Below, piece by piece: positions 40,984 to 50,464 of a stretch of DNA of 59,175 bases. Within the stretch, counting starts at the first letter, position 1. Every line of letters starts with the position of its first letter. The stretch spans positions 1 to 59,175 of the IMG/VR virus record IMGVR_UViG_3300028392_000072; one strand, 5' to 3'. The stretch is from a virus (Duplodnaviria; Caudoviricetes). The notes below the pieces were generated by a model. It saw only the letters and a program-made list of their open reading frames with translations. It made no database searches and was not told the origin of the DNA. A program made the translations under genes and the position numbers.

Positions 40984-42870
40984 ATGATTAGTAAATATAA
41001 TAGTTTTTTATCTGAGTTATTGTTAGAAAGGGCAATAAATGAGTCTATACTTTATTATTCGCCTGATTTAAGAAAGATTATTAATAAAATAGATTCTGAT
41101 ATTGCTTTAGATTTAAGGAAATCAGAAACTACTGATATTAAACCAGATGTTACTTTTGTTGATTTAGATCAAGAAGGATATTTAAGTTTCTCAACTATGA
41201 GAAATGCTAAAAAGAATATTATTGAAAAATTTCCACATATAGATGATATTGATACTAAAGTTGATAAAGATTTAGCAGATGAACTTTTTGATTTAGATAA
41301 AAGAGGTTCATCAAGAGCTAGTGGTGTTTCAACTAAATCAAGAAGTCAAATTGGAATAGGTAAATTTATTAATAAATTATTTCCTGGTAAATATAATGAC
41401 AAACAAAGAGAAGATTTTGTTAATTCATTTAAAGCTGCTTTAGTAAAAGTTGCTGAGAAATTTGAAGTTGTTGAAGGAGTTGATATTGGATTTTGGTACA
41501 ATTCTAGAAACTATGCTCAGGTATCTGGAACACTTGGTAGTTCTTGTATGGCAGAAAAGAATAGTTCTATATTTAGAATTTATGAAATGAATCCTGAAGT
41601 ATGTAAAATGCTTATTCTAAAAGAAGATGATAAGATTTTAGGAAGAGCTCTTGTTTGGAAATTAAAATCTATCAGAAGTTTAGGTAGACCGGTAGAAGGT
41701 ATTGAATATTTTATGGATAGACAATACACTATAAAAGATTCCGATGTTCAAAAATTCAGAAACTACGCTAAAGAACAAGGATGGTGTTATAAATCTTATA
41801 ACAACCATCACAGTTGTGAAACAGTTAATATAGAGGGAGTAGACAAAAATGTAGGAATGACTGTAAAGGTTAAACCTTTTAAAGTTTCTGGAGTGATTGA
41901 AGATTATGATTATTCTAAATATCCTTATATGGATACTTTTAGAAGATATAATCCAAATAATGGTTATTTTTATAATGATAGTGATACAGATGAAAACGAA
42001 GGACAATATATTTTAGATTCAACAACTGGTGGATATAATGAAATAGAAGGTGGTGTTTATTCTGAATGGCATGATAGAAGAATACCAGAAGATGATGCTG
42101 TTTATTCTGACAGACTTGGTGATTATCTTCTAAGGGATTCTGCTGTTGAAGTTACTATGGGTAATAGAAGACATAGAGGTTGGTATCCATCTGATTATGA
42201 TGATATTGTATTTGATGAATCTATTGATGAATATTTACATTTTGATGATACAGTATACTCAGAAGCTAAAGGTTATCACATATACACAGATAATGCTTGT
42301 AAAGTAATTAATAAAGTTTATTCAGATGGTAGTATTGAAAATTATGATGATGCTGATTGGTATTATGATGAAGATCCAAATATTATTAGAATAGATGAGA
42401 GTTCTTATTGGTTTGAAAAATTATCAGCTAGATGGAATGAATGGAATGAATACTCTTATATTTTAAAATCAATAATGACTAAAGATTACAATAATAAGTG
42501 GATTCCTAAGACCATATCAACTAATGTATATTTAGTAACTGAACCAAATAAAGATGATTCTATTGATTTAATGGGTATTGACTACTTAACTGAAGTTGAT
42601 GCTTTCTTATTAGGATATGATATTGATAAAAATGACAAAATAGTAATTGATAAATTTTCATATCAATTAAATTTAGAACAAATTATAAAGCCATTAGCAT
42701 TAAGATATAAATCCGAAACTACAAAATTAAGAGATATTCTAACAAATAAAGGTCAATTAAAATTAGAATTAGGATTTGAAGATGAAGAGGAATATAAAGT
42801 TGAGATAAAAAAGAGATTAATTAAATTATCTGACAGATTTGAAGAGTTAGAAGATGGTATTTGGTCTTAA
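40984..42870 (+). CDS. conserved phage hypothetical protein, N-tag-like start
   Basis: MISKYNSFLSE; LGSSCM, GRALVW, FMDRQY, YPYMDTF. Confidence 0.7.
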   Translation: MISKYNSFLSELLLERAINESILYYSPDLRKIINKIDSDIALDLRKSETTDIKPDVTFVDLDQEGYLSFSTMRNAKKNIIEKFPHIDDIDTKVDKDLADELFDLDKRGSSRASGVSTKSRSQIGIGKFINKLFPGKYNDKQREDFVNSFKAALVKVAEKFEVVEGVDIGFWYNSRNYAQVSGTLGSSCMAEKNSSIFRIYEMNPEVCKMLILKEDDKILGRALVWKLKSIRSLGRPVEGIEYFMDRQYTIKDSDVQKFRNYAKEQGWCYKSYNNHHSCETVNIEGVDKNVGMTVKVKPFKVSGVIEDYDYSKYPYMDTFRRYNPNNGYFYNDSDTDENEGQYILDSTTGGYNEIEGGVYSEWHDRRIPEDDAVYSDRLGDYLLRDSAVEVTMGNRRHRGWYPSDYDDIVFDESIDEYLHFDDTVYSEAKGYHIYTDNACKVINKVYSDGSIENYDDADWYYDEDPNIIRIDESSYWFEKLSARWNEWNEYSYILKSIMTKDYNNKWIPKTISTNVYLVTEPNKDDSIDLMGIDYLTEVDAFLLGYDIDKNDKIVIDKFSYQLNLEQIIKPLALRYKSETTKLRDILTNKGQLKLELGFEDEEEYKVEIKKRLIKLSDRFEELEDGIWS

Positions 42871-43290
42871 ATTCCAATATCTTCTAAAGCCTTATTTCTT
42901 AACCATTGTTTAAATTTCACTTTGATATTTCTGGTCATGTTGATTAATTGTATTAACAAAATCAGACTCAATTATTTTACCTACTGAATTTACTTTAATA
43001 AAATGTATTGTTCTACCATCATTAAATCTTCTATTAAATTTAACATAAATTTCATAATATTTATCTCTTTTATTAGTAAAAATAAAATTAATATGAGTTT
43101 TCCACCATTTAGGTATCATTAATTTTATTTGTCTTCTAACTACAATAGAAAGATATATCTTATGAATAGTAAATGTTCTTGTAAATAAAAAAAACCCTGT
43201 TTCATATATTAAAAAACACAGAAAAATAAGACCGAAAACTCCACTGATAGAGAATCCGATATTATTTCCATCATGAAAGAAGTTAATCAT
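42867..43290 (-). pseudogene. membrane protein with +1 frameshift near the 3' end
   Basis: frame stops at 42910; +1 frame continues KQWLRNKALEDIGI*, matching the shared C-terminal tail. Confidence 0.5.
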
Positions 43291-44006
43291 TTTGCTATTA
43301 AAACTTTAATTAAATCACCATCAAATTTATAGACACGGTGATATCCATCTATTAATCTAAACTTACCATCTTTTTCTTTAACAATACCTCTGATACCAGA
43401 ATAATTCTTATTAGAATAATGTTCTAACTTTTCCATTTGTATTTTTCTATAATGACCATCACTTCCAAATATAATATCTGATTTTTTAATCTCCACTATT
43501 TCATATTTAGAATTAACTAACTCTGGTAAAATATATCCATATTCAATATTTAAAATAAATTCAATTCTTTTATCTAAATCATCAATATCAAAAGCCAAAT
43601 CTAAATCTCTTTCAATTCTTTTAGCAAGTGACTCAATTATTTTTATATCTCCTAATTCCTCACCATAATAACCACCTTCAATTGAAATATCCCAATTATC
43701 AGATTTCCAAATTTTATGAGCACGAACAATTCTATCTATAGTATAAATATCTATTTCCTTGCCCATTCCATATAAAATGGAATTGATAGTATTATGTCTT
43801 TTAGTAGATTTTGAATTATCAAAATATAAATCATAAATCTTATCTACAATTATTTTAACATCAACATTTTCAACACGAGCATTTTCTATCGTAGAACAAC
43901 GACAAATTCCTTCATCATCACAAGCATGTTCATCACAATTACTTTGAGTATTATAGTCATATTGTAAACCATATCCTTTAAAATCCTTATTTACTAACTT
44001 GCTCAT
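43287..44006 (-). CDS. protein with C-terminal ParB/Srx-like motif
   Basis: LIDGYHR; N-terminal Cys cluster. Confidence 0.55.
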   Translation of the reverse strand: MSKLVNKDFKGYGLQYDYNTQSNCDEHACDDEGICRCSTIENARVENVDVKIIVDKIYDLYFDNSKSTKRHNTINSILYGMGKEIDIYTIDRIVRAHKIWKSDNWDISIEGGYYGEELGDIKIIESLAKRIERDLDLAFDIDDLDKRIEFILNIEYGYILPELVNSKYEIVEIKKSDIIFGSDGHYRKIQMEKLEHYSNKNYSGIRGIVKEKDGKFRLIDGYHRVYKFDGDLIKVLIAK

Positions 44007-44301
44007 TTCTTATTCTTGTTTTACAATCTTTACCATTTACTTTTTTATAAATATAAAATTTATTGTTTTTAATTTTATCTAAAATCTCTACAAGAGTTCC
44101 ACCTTGTAAAGTATACCAACTATACGGTAGTATTTCTTCTGTCATATAAGGGTTCCATCTGTTAAATCTGTTAATCTTTTTCACACCATTACTAACTGGA
44201 ATATCAAAGTAATAGAAACTCTCATGCTTTAAAATAGATTGTTTCTTTTTTATCTCTGATTCTATTTTACTTATTATATGCCTTGTTATAAAGTTACTCA
44301 T
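43987..44301 (-). CDS. hypothetical protein
   Basis: 104-aa ORF in operon. Confidence 0.55.
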   Translation of the reverse strand: MSNFITRHIISKIESEIKKKQSILKHESFYYFDIPVSNGVKKINRFNRWNPYMTEEILPYSWYTLQGGTLVEILDKIKNNKFYIYKKVNGKDCKTRIRNEQVSK

Positions 44302-44711
44302 ACCATTTTACCATTTAAAATTCCATTATGAAAATATCTAAAATCAGAAATATCAAATCCTTCTACATTTTTTAAGTAAGAATTGATAGCACCAATTATA
44401 TTTTGACGACCAGATGTATTATCAGTATGTGCATACCAACTTGGAAACTTTTTACCATTATCTAAACAGTAATTAATTAAGTAATCAGCAGCTGTTTTAC
44501 CAGTATATTCTTGTCCATCTTTAACACAAGCAAGGTCATGATCAAATGAAACTAATTCAATTTCATCAAAATGTTTATTCACAATATCAACAAATTGGAA
44601 GTAATCTCTAACGATAACCCATTTGTTTTTATCAGAATAATCTGAACCCAAACCTTTACCAGATTTATGTGACATATCCGGAGTACGGATGTCGTCTATA
44701 AAAACATTCAT
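44298..44711 (-). CDS. cyclic-phosphate-processing receiver-like domain protein
   Basis: FIDDIRTP, SFDHDL, TG, HTDNTSG. Confidence 0.7.
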   Translation of the reverse strand: MNVFIDDIRTPDMSHKSGKGLGSDYSDKNKWVIVRDYFQFVDIVNKHFDEIELVSFDHDLACVKDGQEYTGKTAADYLINYCLDNGKKFPSWYAHTDNTSGRQNIIGAINSYLKNVEGFDISDFRYFHNGILNGKMV

Positions 44712-44712
44712 A

Positions 44713-44868
44713 TTAATTTAAATAAATACCTTTTCTAATACAGAAATCATCAAGATTTAGACCTTGTGAAACCCAAAAATTAAATTCGGAATCTGTTTGA
44801 GATTCTTGAACATTTTTAATAATTTTGTCAGCCCATTTTTGAGCTATTTTAGTGATTATATTTTTCAT
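44713..44868 (-). CDS. small hypothetical protein (51 aa, not in track)
   Basis: MKNIITKIAQKWADK...; ATGA overlap with upstream gene. Confidence 0.5.
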   Translation of the reverse strand: MKNIITKIAQKWADKIIKNVQESQTDSEFNFWVSQGLNLDDFCIRKGIYLN

Positions 44869-45320
44869 ATTTTATAGTTTTTAAGAAAATCTTTTTCTAC
44901 TTCTTTTAAATTGTTCATTCCTACTTCTGATATTCTATCAAGGATAATATCAATATCTATATTTTCCATTGTCCAATAATTAATACCTTCCATAAAGATA
45001 TTAAATTTTATCTGACTTGTTGGTAAATATTTATCTTTTAATAAAATCTCTACATCAATTTTACCTTTTAATACACTTTTAGATATATCTTTTAATTCAA
45101 ATTTAATTAAATTATTTTTCAATATAGAAATATATTTTTCGATTTCAAAGTTTGATGTAATCAAAATACAAGTATATTTATCATCTTCATCGTCATAATC
45201 AAAAAATGATTCTACATCAATATTAGAAATAACTTCTTTTTCATAATCATCCAATCTATCATAATCATCATTTAAGAAGTCGGAATTTTTATCGAATTTT
45301 ATTTTGAATATAGAGGTCAT
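44865..45320 (-). CDS. hypothetical protein
   Basis: C-terminal IDIILDRISEVGMNNLKEVEKDFL. Confidence 0.65.
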   Translation of the reverse strand: MTSIFKIKFDKNSDFLNDDYDRLDDYEKEVISNIDVESFFDYDDEDDKYTCILITSNFEIEKYISILKNNLIKFELKDISKSVLKGKIDVEILLKDKYLPTSQIKFNIFMEGINYWTMENIDIDIILDRISEVGMNNLKEVEKDFLKNYKI

Positions 45321-45433
45321 TAAATTATATATTAATTACAAATATAAACAAAAATATTTACTAATAAAAGCAAATTCATGTATCATCATGATATACTTTT
45401 ATAAACATTATATATATTATTAATATAATTTTT

Positions 45434-45814
45434 ATGGAAAAGAAAATGCCTGATAGTTTTGTAGAAAACAGATTATCTAAAAGATATCCAACGGAAGTTG
45501 GTGGTCCAAAATTTGAGCCTGATAATATCAGTCTTTTCAAATTAGAAAAAACTAGTAAAGTAAAAAAATACTATTCTTCTAAGTTTGAAGAAATGACTAA
45601 AGAATATGAATCATTAATGAATGAGATTAGTATCAATGAAAGACTTTATAAATCTAGTCATAACTTTGAACCAGTAACTGGTGAAATTTATCACTTATAT
45701 AAAAAAGAATCCGGTGAAGAATTTCTTTCTTTAATATCTCCTGATCAATGGAAGAAATGTGAGTTTATCGGATCTTATAAATTTTTATCAGACGGAAGAT
45801 GGGAGGTAGCTTAA
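45434..45814 (+). CDS. DUF2452-like protein
   Basis: PVTGEIYHLY, FLSLISPDQW. Confidence 0.65.
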   Translation: MEKKMPDSFVENRLSKRYPTEVGGPKFEPDNISLFKLEKTSKVKKYYSSKFEEMTKEYESLMNEISINERLYKSSHNFEPVTGEIYHLYKKESGEEFLSLISPDQWKKCEFIGSYKFLSDGRWEVA

Positions 45815-46145
45815 CTTCTAATAAAATAAAAGTAAATAAATGGAGAGGAAAATCTTAATACAACCTCTAATATTCTAATAATATTTTTACCATTTTTTCT
45901 AGTAATTTTTTTTACTATATTTTCTTTTGGATCAAAAATTTCTATCATATTAAGTTTTTAATTTTATGTAAGATTACTTACTACTTAATATGATATCAGA
46001 AGTATTTTTGTTTTTAACCAGGTATTGTTATTAGCTTTATAAACTCATCAAAATCACATTCCATATAGGCTTTATCAATATCAAATTGATCATCATAATC
46101 AACCATTACAAATCTTACAACCTTTTTAATAATGACACCGAAGTA

Positions 46146-47783
46146 TTAGACTAAAGAAAAACCTTCTTTCAAACTTACCGTTTTATTGAAACTTTTACCA
46201 TCAGTATCTAAAATATAATACCCCTTTCTCATCATTTGAACTGGCTCCTTGACGTTTAAAACGTGTGGTTCAAAGATTGCCTTATCATTAATTATAAGTG
46301 AATCTGTGTTGATGTAATTGATAAAATCATCTTCATTTTTATCCGGTGATTCATCATTGAATAATCTATCATATTCATTTACATTAACTCTAACTCCATG
46401 TTCAGCAGATACCCAGTGAATAGTTCCTTTAATCTTTCTTTCAAAAGTCATACCAGATCTTGTTAAAGGGTCGTAAGTACATCTAATTTCAATAACTTCT
46501 CCACTATCATTCTTGATAACTTCATTCGCTTTAATAACATAAGCACCTTTCAATCTTACTTCACCACCCAACTTTAATCTGTGGAATTTGTTATTAGCTT
46601 CTTCTCTGAAATCTTCCGATTCAATAAATAACTCACCACTAAAAGGAATCATTCTAGTACCAGCACTTTCATCACCAGGATTGTTTTCAACTTCAACCAT
46701 TTCAGTTCCATCATCCCAATTAGTAATAACTAACTTAACGGGATTCATTACACCCATCAATCTATTAGCAACTACATTCAAATCAGTTCTCAAACATTCT
46801 TCTAAAAGCAAGTAAGAAACAACTGACTCTTTTCTAGTAACAGAAATTCTATCACAGAAATCTTTAATAGCATTTGGTGTAAAACCTCTTCTTCTTAAAC
46901 CAGAAATAGTTGGCATTCTTGGATCATTCCAACCATCTACAAATCCTTCTTCAACTAATCTTTTTAATTTTCTCTTTGACATAACTGTATAGTCAATGTT
47001 CAAACGAGCAAACTCAGTTTCTTCTGGAAGTGGATTTTCTAAATCACAATTTTCCAAGACCCACATATATAAAGGTCTATGAACTTCAAATTCTAAAGTA
47101 CATAAAGAATCAGTGATACCTTCTTTATAATCTGAAAGTGGATGAGCAAAGTCATACATTGGATAAATCTTCCAAGTATCACCAGTTCTGTGGTGTGACT
47201 TACTGATAATTCTATAAAGAACCGGATCTCTTAAAATCATATTAGGAGAAGTCATATCAATATTGGCTCTCAAGATTTTAGAACCTTCAGAGAATTCACC
47301 TAATATCATTCTATTAAATAGGTCTAAGTTTTCTTCTATACTTCTAGATTTATAAGGTGAGTCTTTACCAACTGAAGTTGGTGTTCCTTTTAAGTTAGCA
47401 ATTTCTTCAGATGTTGAATCATCAACATAAGCTAATCCTTTCTTAATTAAAGTAACAGCACATTCATAAAGAAAATCAAAATAATCAGAGGTGTATCTGA
47501 TTTCACTTGGAGTATAACCAAGCCATTTTATATCTTCAATCATTGAATCTACAAACTCTTTTCTTTCAGTTGTTGGATTCGTGTCGTCAAATCTTAACAC
47601 ACACGGAGCATTATACTTTTCTGCTAATCCAAAATTTAATATAATGGATTTAGCGTGACCTAAGTGAAGACCACCCACAACTCTACCATCGTTTAGTATA
47701 GCTCCATTTGGTTCTGGTGGAAAACGAAGTTTTAACTTATCAAGATTTCCTTTTTCTAATATTTTTTCTTCTATGAAATTCAT
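46146..47783 (-). CDS. glnS: glutaminyl-tRNA synthetase
   Basis: RFPPEPNG, HLGH, RFDDTNP, YPMYDFAH, SLCTLEF, MSKR, KGTIHWVS. Confidence 0.95.
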   Translation of the reverse strand: MNFIEEKILEKGNLDKLKLRFPPEPNGAILNDGRVVGGLHLGHAKSIILNFGLAEKYNAPCVLRFDDTNPTTERKEFVDSMIEDIKWLGYTPSEIRYTSDYFDFLYECAVTLIKKGLAYVDDSTSEEIANLKGTPTSVGKDSPYKSRSIEENLDLFNRMILGEFSEGSKILRANIDMTSPNMILRDPVLYRIISKSHHRTGDTWKIYPMYDFAHPLSDYKEGITDSLCTLEFEVHRPLYMWVLENCDLENPLPEETEFARLNIDYTVMSKRKLKRLVEEGFVDGWNDPRMPTISGLRRRGFTPNAIKDFCDRISVTRKESVVSYLLLEECLRTDLNVVANRLMGVMNPVKLVITNWDDGTEMVEVENNPGDESAGTRMIPFSGELFIESEDFREEANNKFHRLKLGGEVRLKGAYVIKANEVIKNDSGEVIEIRCTYDPLTRSGMTFERKIKGTIHWVSAEHGVRVNVNEYDRLFNDESPDKNEDDFINYINTDSLIINDKAIFEPHVLNVKEPVQMMRKGYYILDTDGKSFNKTVSLKEGFSLV

Positions 47784-47811
47784 AATGTTTATATTTTTAT
47801 ATGTTGTTTAG

Positions 47812-47883
47812 TTGGAAAAACAGGGATCGAACCTGTATCTTCTGATTCAAAGTCAGAAATAATAACCATTATACTATTTTCCA
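47812..47883 (-). tRNA. tRNA-Gln (TTG), very AU-rich
   Basis: TGGAAAA/TTTTCCA; TCTGA-CTTTGAA-TCAGA. Confidence 0.85.
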
Positions 47884-47910
47884 ATATTACTACTATCTAG
47901 AGTAGTTTTG

Positions 47911-47991
47911 CTATCCGGGTAGGACTCGAACCTACACGCCTTTCGGCATCCGCTTCAAAGGCGGATGTGGCTGCCATTTCACCACCGGACA
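47911..47991 (-). tRNA. tRNA with Gln anticodon (TTG) and Leu-like body with long variable arm
   Basis: TCCGC-CTTTGAA-GCGGA; V-arm GCC-GAAA-GGC; G73. Confidence 0.85.
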
Positions 47992-48048
47992 ATTTGTTAT
48001 ATTAAATTTCTAAATGTCAAACTCATTCTACCGGAATTTGTATGAAAT

Positions 48049-48083
48049 AAAAAAACCCTGTCCAAAAAGATTGAACAGGGTTT
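48049..48083 (-). terminator. attenuator terminator 1 (upstream of tRNA-Gln x2 + glnS)
   Basis: minus strand AAACCCTGTTCAA-loop-TTGGACAGGGTTTTTTT. Confidence 0.8.
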
Positions 48084-48111
48084 GTAAAGTTTACACAATA
48101 CTATTCCATTA

Positions 48112-48162
48112 TCAATCTGTTCGATTAATTTGTTGTTGCTGGAATTGTGTTGTTGTTCTCAT
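48112..48162 (-). CDS. Gln-rich leader peptide MRTTTQFQQQQINRTD
   Basis: 5 Gln codons; 3' end GAACAG/AGATTGA complementary to terminator 5' arm CTGTTC/TCAATCT; TATCTTTG promoter element at ~48206-48213. Confidence 0.8.
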   Translation of the reverse strand: MRTTTQFQQQQINRTD

Positions 48163-48196
48163 TTTAATTTCTTTTTTTACAATATTAGTTATATTT

Positions 48197-49024
48197 TTAT
48201 TCATACAAAGATATAAAATTTTTTCCATATTTACCGACCACATAGTCTAAATATATCTTTATGTCTTTCTTGTATATAACTTTTATTTCATATGGGAAAT
48301 ATGAAATTTTAGCATTTGTTAAATCCGATTCAAAGTTCTTAATTTCCACATACTCATCATTAACTATAAAATCTGGATAAAATAAATGTTTTTTATTTTT
48401 ATAAAAATATTCAAATCCTTTTTTATTTCTTTCAATTTTTATATTATGATCAATACAATATATTAAATATGCTAATTCATAACTACTATCCAACCAATAA
48501 CCTTTATACCACCCTGACTTACCTCTACTACTTCCTTTTTTAATACCACCTGATATCTCTAACCAACATTTTTTATGATACTTTTGTTCTCTGTATTTTT
48601 GATTAACTCCACATTCTCCACATTTTAAACAAGTAAATTGTATTATCTTCTTATCTCTTTTAGGCGGGATAAACATATTTCCATTTAAAATTAACGAATT
48701 TCTTATTTTACTTTTTGTTTCTTCAGATAGTGTTCTTTGTCTAGAACATTTATCAGAACAATATTTTCTTAAAATTTGTTTATTTTTATCTCTTTCAAAT
48801 TCAGATATCGTAGATTCAACCTCAAATTTAGTATTACATCTTAAACAATTTCTAATTTCTACAACTCTATCAACTTTATTACAACCTTTAAATAACTTAC
48901 TAAGATTTTCTTTTCTTTTCTCAAAATTTGGATTTTCATCACAACACGCAACATGTGAAGCAAATCCTTGTTGTTTTTCAACGAATATTAATTTTTTACA
49001 CCATTTACATTCTTTTATATACAT
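48197..49024 (-). CDS. homing-type endonuclease (Zn fingers + TnsA-like PD-(D/E)XK)
   Basis: CxxC pairs; DSSYELAY, FYPDF, VEIK. Confidence 0.7.
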   Translation of the reverse strand: MYIKECKWCKKLIFVEKQQGFASHVACCDENPNFEKRKENLSKLFKGCNKVDRVVEIRNCLRCNTKFEVESTISEFERDKNKQILRKYCSDKCSRQRTLSEETKSKIRNSLILNGNMFIPPKRDKKIIQFTCLKCGECGVNQKYREQKYHKKCWLEISGGIKKGSSRGKSGWYKGYWLDSSYELAYLIYCIDHNIKIERNKKGFEYFYKNKKHLFYPDFIVNDEYVEIKNFESDLTNAKISYFPYEIKVIYKKDIKIYLDYVVGKYGKNFISLYE

Positions 49025-49076
49025 AGATTATATATTAAAAATTAAACGGTCCCTATCAAAAACGAACCCAAACATG

Positions 49077-49152
49077 CGGATCTAATGGGATTCGAACCCA
49101 CCTGATCTTCCGAGTGACAGTCGGACGGACACACCAAGCATCCCCTAGATCC
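49077..49152 (-). tRNA. tRNA-Asp (GTC), atypical D-arm
   Basis: TCCGA-CTGTCAC-TCGGA; G73; G at position 8. Confidence 0.85.
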
Positions 49153-49161
49153 ATATTTTTG

Positions 49162-49235
49162 TCTAAGTGACAGGGTTCGAACCTGCGGCCTGAGAGTCCC
49201 AAACTCCCCGCTCTACCAAACTGAGCTACACCTAG
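49162..49235 (-). tRNA. tRNA-Pro (TGG)
   Basis: loop TTTGGGA; C1-G72, A73. Confidence 0.9.
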
Positions 49236-49297
49236 TTTTTGAGAATTCTTTTACTCTATTCCCAAAAGAGTACGTTTCTGTCCAATTATACTTCGTG

Positions 49298-49370
49298 TTG
49301 TCCCACAAGGGTTCGAACCTCGACTCTTCGGTACCAAAAACCGACGTGTTGCCAATTACACCATAAGACA
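49298..49370 (-). tRNA. tRNA-Gln (TTG)
   Basis: TCGGT-TTTTGGT-ACCGA; U1-A72. Confidence 0.9.
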
Positions 49371-49372
49371 AT

Positions 49373-49407
49373 AAAAAACCCTCATAAGAACTAACTTATG
49401 AGGGTTT
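49373..49407 (-). terminator. attenuator terminator 2 (upstream of tRNA Gln/Pro/Asp)
   Basis: minus strand AAACCCTCATAAG-loop-CTTATGAGGGTTTTTT. Confidence 0.85.
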
Positions 49408-49429
49408 ACAAATCGTTTAATGTTTTTAA

Positions 49430-49525
49430 TTAACTTATTGTAAAGACATAGTTAGTCACTTCCTTAGAATCCTGATCCTGAGGTTGCGGGTTAACTTGTG
49501 CGATATTTACGTTAATTGTTTTCAT
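49430..49525 (-). CDS. leader peptide MKTINVNIAQVNPQPQDQDSKEVTNYVFTIS
   Basis: Q/P/D tract matches downstream tRNAs; GACTAACTATG can pair with terminator CATAAGTTAGTT. Confidence 0.8.
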   Translation of the reverse strand: MKTINVNIAQVNPQPQDQDSKEVTNYVFTIS

Positions 49526-49572
49526 TTTATTATATAGTAAATTGTTTATGTCTCTTTTAATGTTTATTCTTA

Positions 49573-49611
49573 TTTTATACAAATATAGATAAAAGTTTTA
49601 TATCTGCCTAA
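49573..49611 (-). promoter_or_regulatory. Bacteroidota-type promoter for leader 2; near-identical to the leader-3 promoter
   Basis: TTAGGCAGATATAAAACTTTTATCTATATTTGTATAAAAT; copy at ~58834-58873. Confidence 0.75.
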
Positions 49612-49698
49612 TTTATTTTGTAAAAAAATTGAGACTTGTATCTGAATCGTTTCCCATCCCAATTCACAAAAATAAGGTAGGTTTTTTAATCCACCAAA

Positions 49699-50415
49699 TT
49701 ATTCTGTATCTTTTTTAAAATCATTATATCTTTTAATTTTATCACCACCTTTTAAATTATCAACCTTTGACTTCATTTCGTCATCCATAATCATAGGTAT
49801 TAACCTATTACCGATTGTCTTAGGGTCCTTTAGATATTTTTCAGTAGGTCTCTTATAATCATAACTATCTATATCACTATCTATAAATTTATAATCACCA
49901 GTAGTTGTTTCAAATCCAAATCTATTGAAGAAGGTAACTAATTCTTTTAGTGATTCATCAGAAAAACCAAAATATGTTTCAGGATCATATAAAGAATCTT
50001 TACCATTATAATGATGCACATTTACTTTATTTGGATAATCAATTGTAAACTCATACATCATTGAGTCACCATATGTTAAGTCAATGTTTAATCTTAGTGA
50101 ATTTGAAGGATTAGATTCTGTTCCATCATTATCTTTAACCATAGTAATATCAAATTGTAAGTTGTCTGGTTCACCATCTGCTGTTGGATCATCATCTTTT
50201 TTATCAAGAGTACTCTGAGAGTACATAACCGAAACACAATTCATTAAATTATAAATACCAGGGTATCCATCATCTCCAGGTTCCAAACTTTTCACATCTA
50301 ATGTAAACTCACCATTTTGATTAATAATAGTTAGTTTTTTAGGCAAAAGTTTTACCCATTCAGAAGAGTCAAAAATAGATATTTTATTCTCATTGAACTT
50401 TTTAATATATTTCAT
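49699..50415 (-). CDS. N-tagged hypothetical protein, paralog of 57076..57726
   Basis: MKYIKKFNE; PDNLQFDI, DLTYGDSM, EFTI..PNKV. Confidence 0.75.
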   Translation of the reverse strand: MKYIKKFNENKISIFDSSEWVKLLPKKLTIINQNGEFTLDVKSLEPGDDGYPGIYNLMNCVSVMYSQSTLDKKDDDPTADGEPDNLQFDITMVKDNDGTESNPSNSLRLNIDLTYGDSMMYEFTIDYPNKVNVHHYNGKDSLYDPETYFGFSDESLKELVTFFNRFGFETTTGDYKFIDSDIDSYDYKRPTEKYLKDPKTIGNRLIPMIMDDEMKSKVDNLKGGDKIKRYNDFKKDTE

Positions 50416-50464
50416 ATTCTATATATTAAATTTTTATCATAAAAAAACCTACTTTAAAGTGGGT

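Noticed and set aside
48014-48250. + strand 78-aa ORF (and 58676..58873 +)
   Set aside because: Antisense to leader/terminator elements; the minus-strand leaders explain the sequence better.
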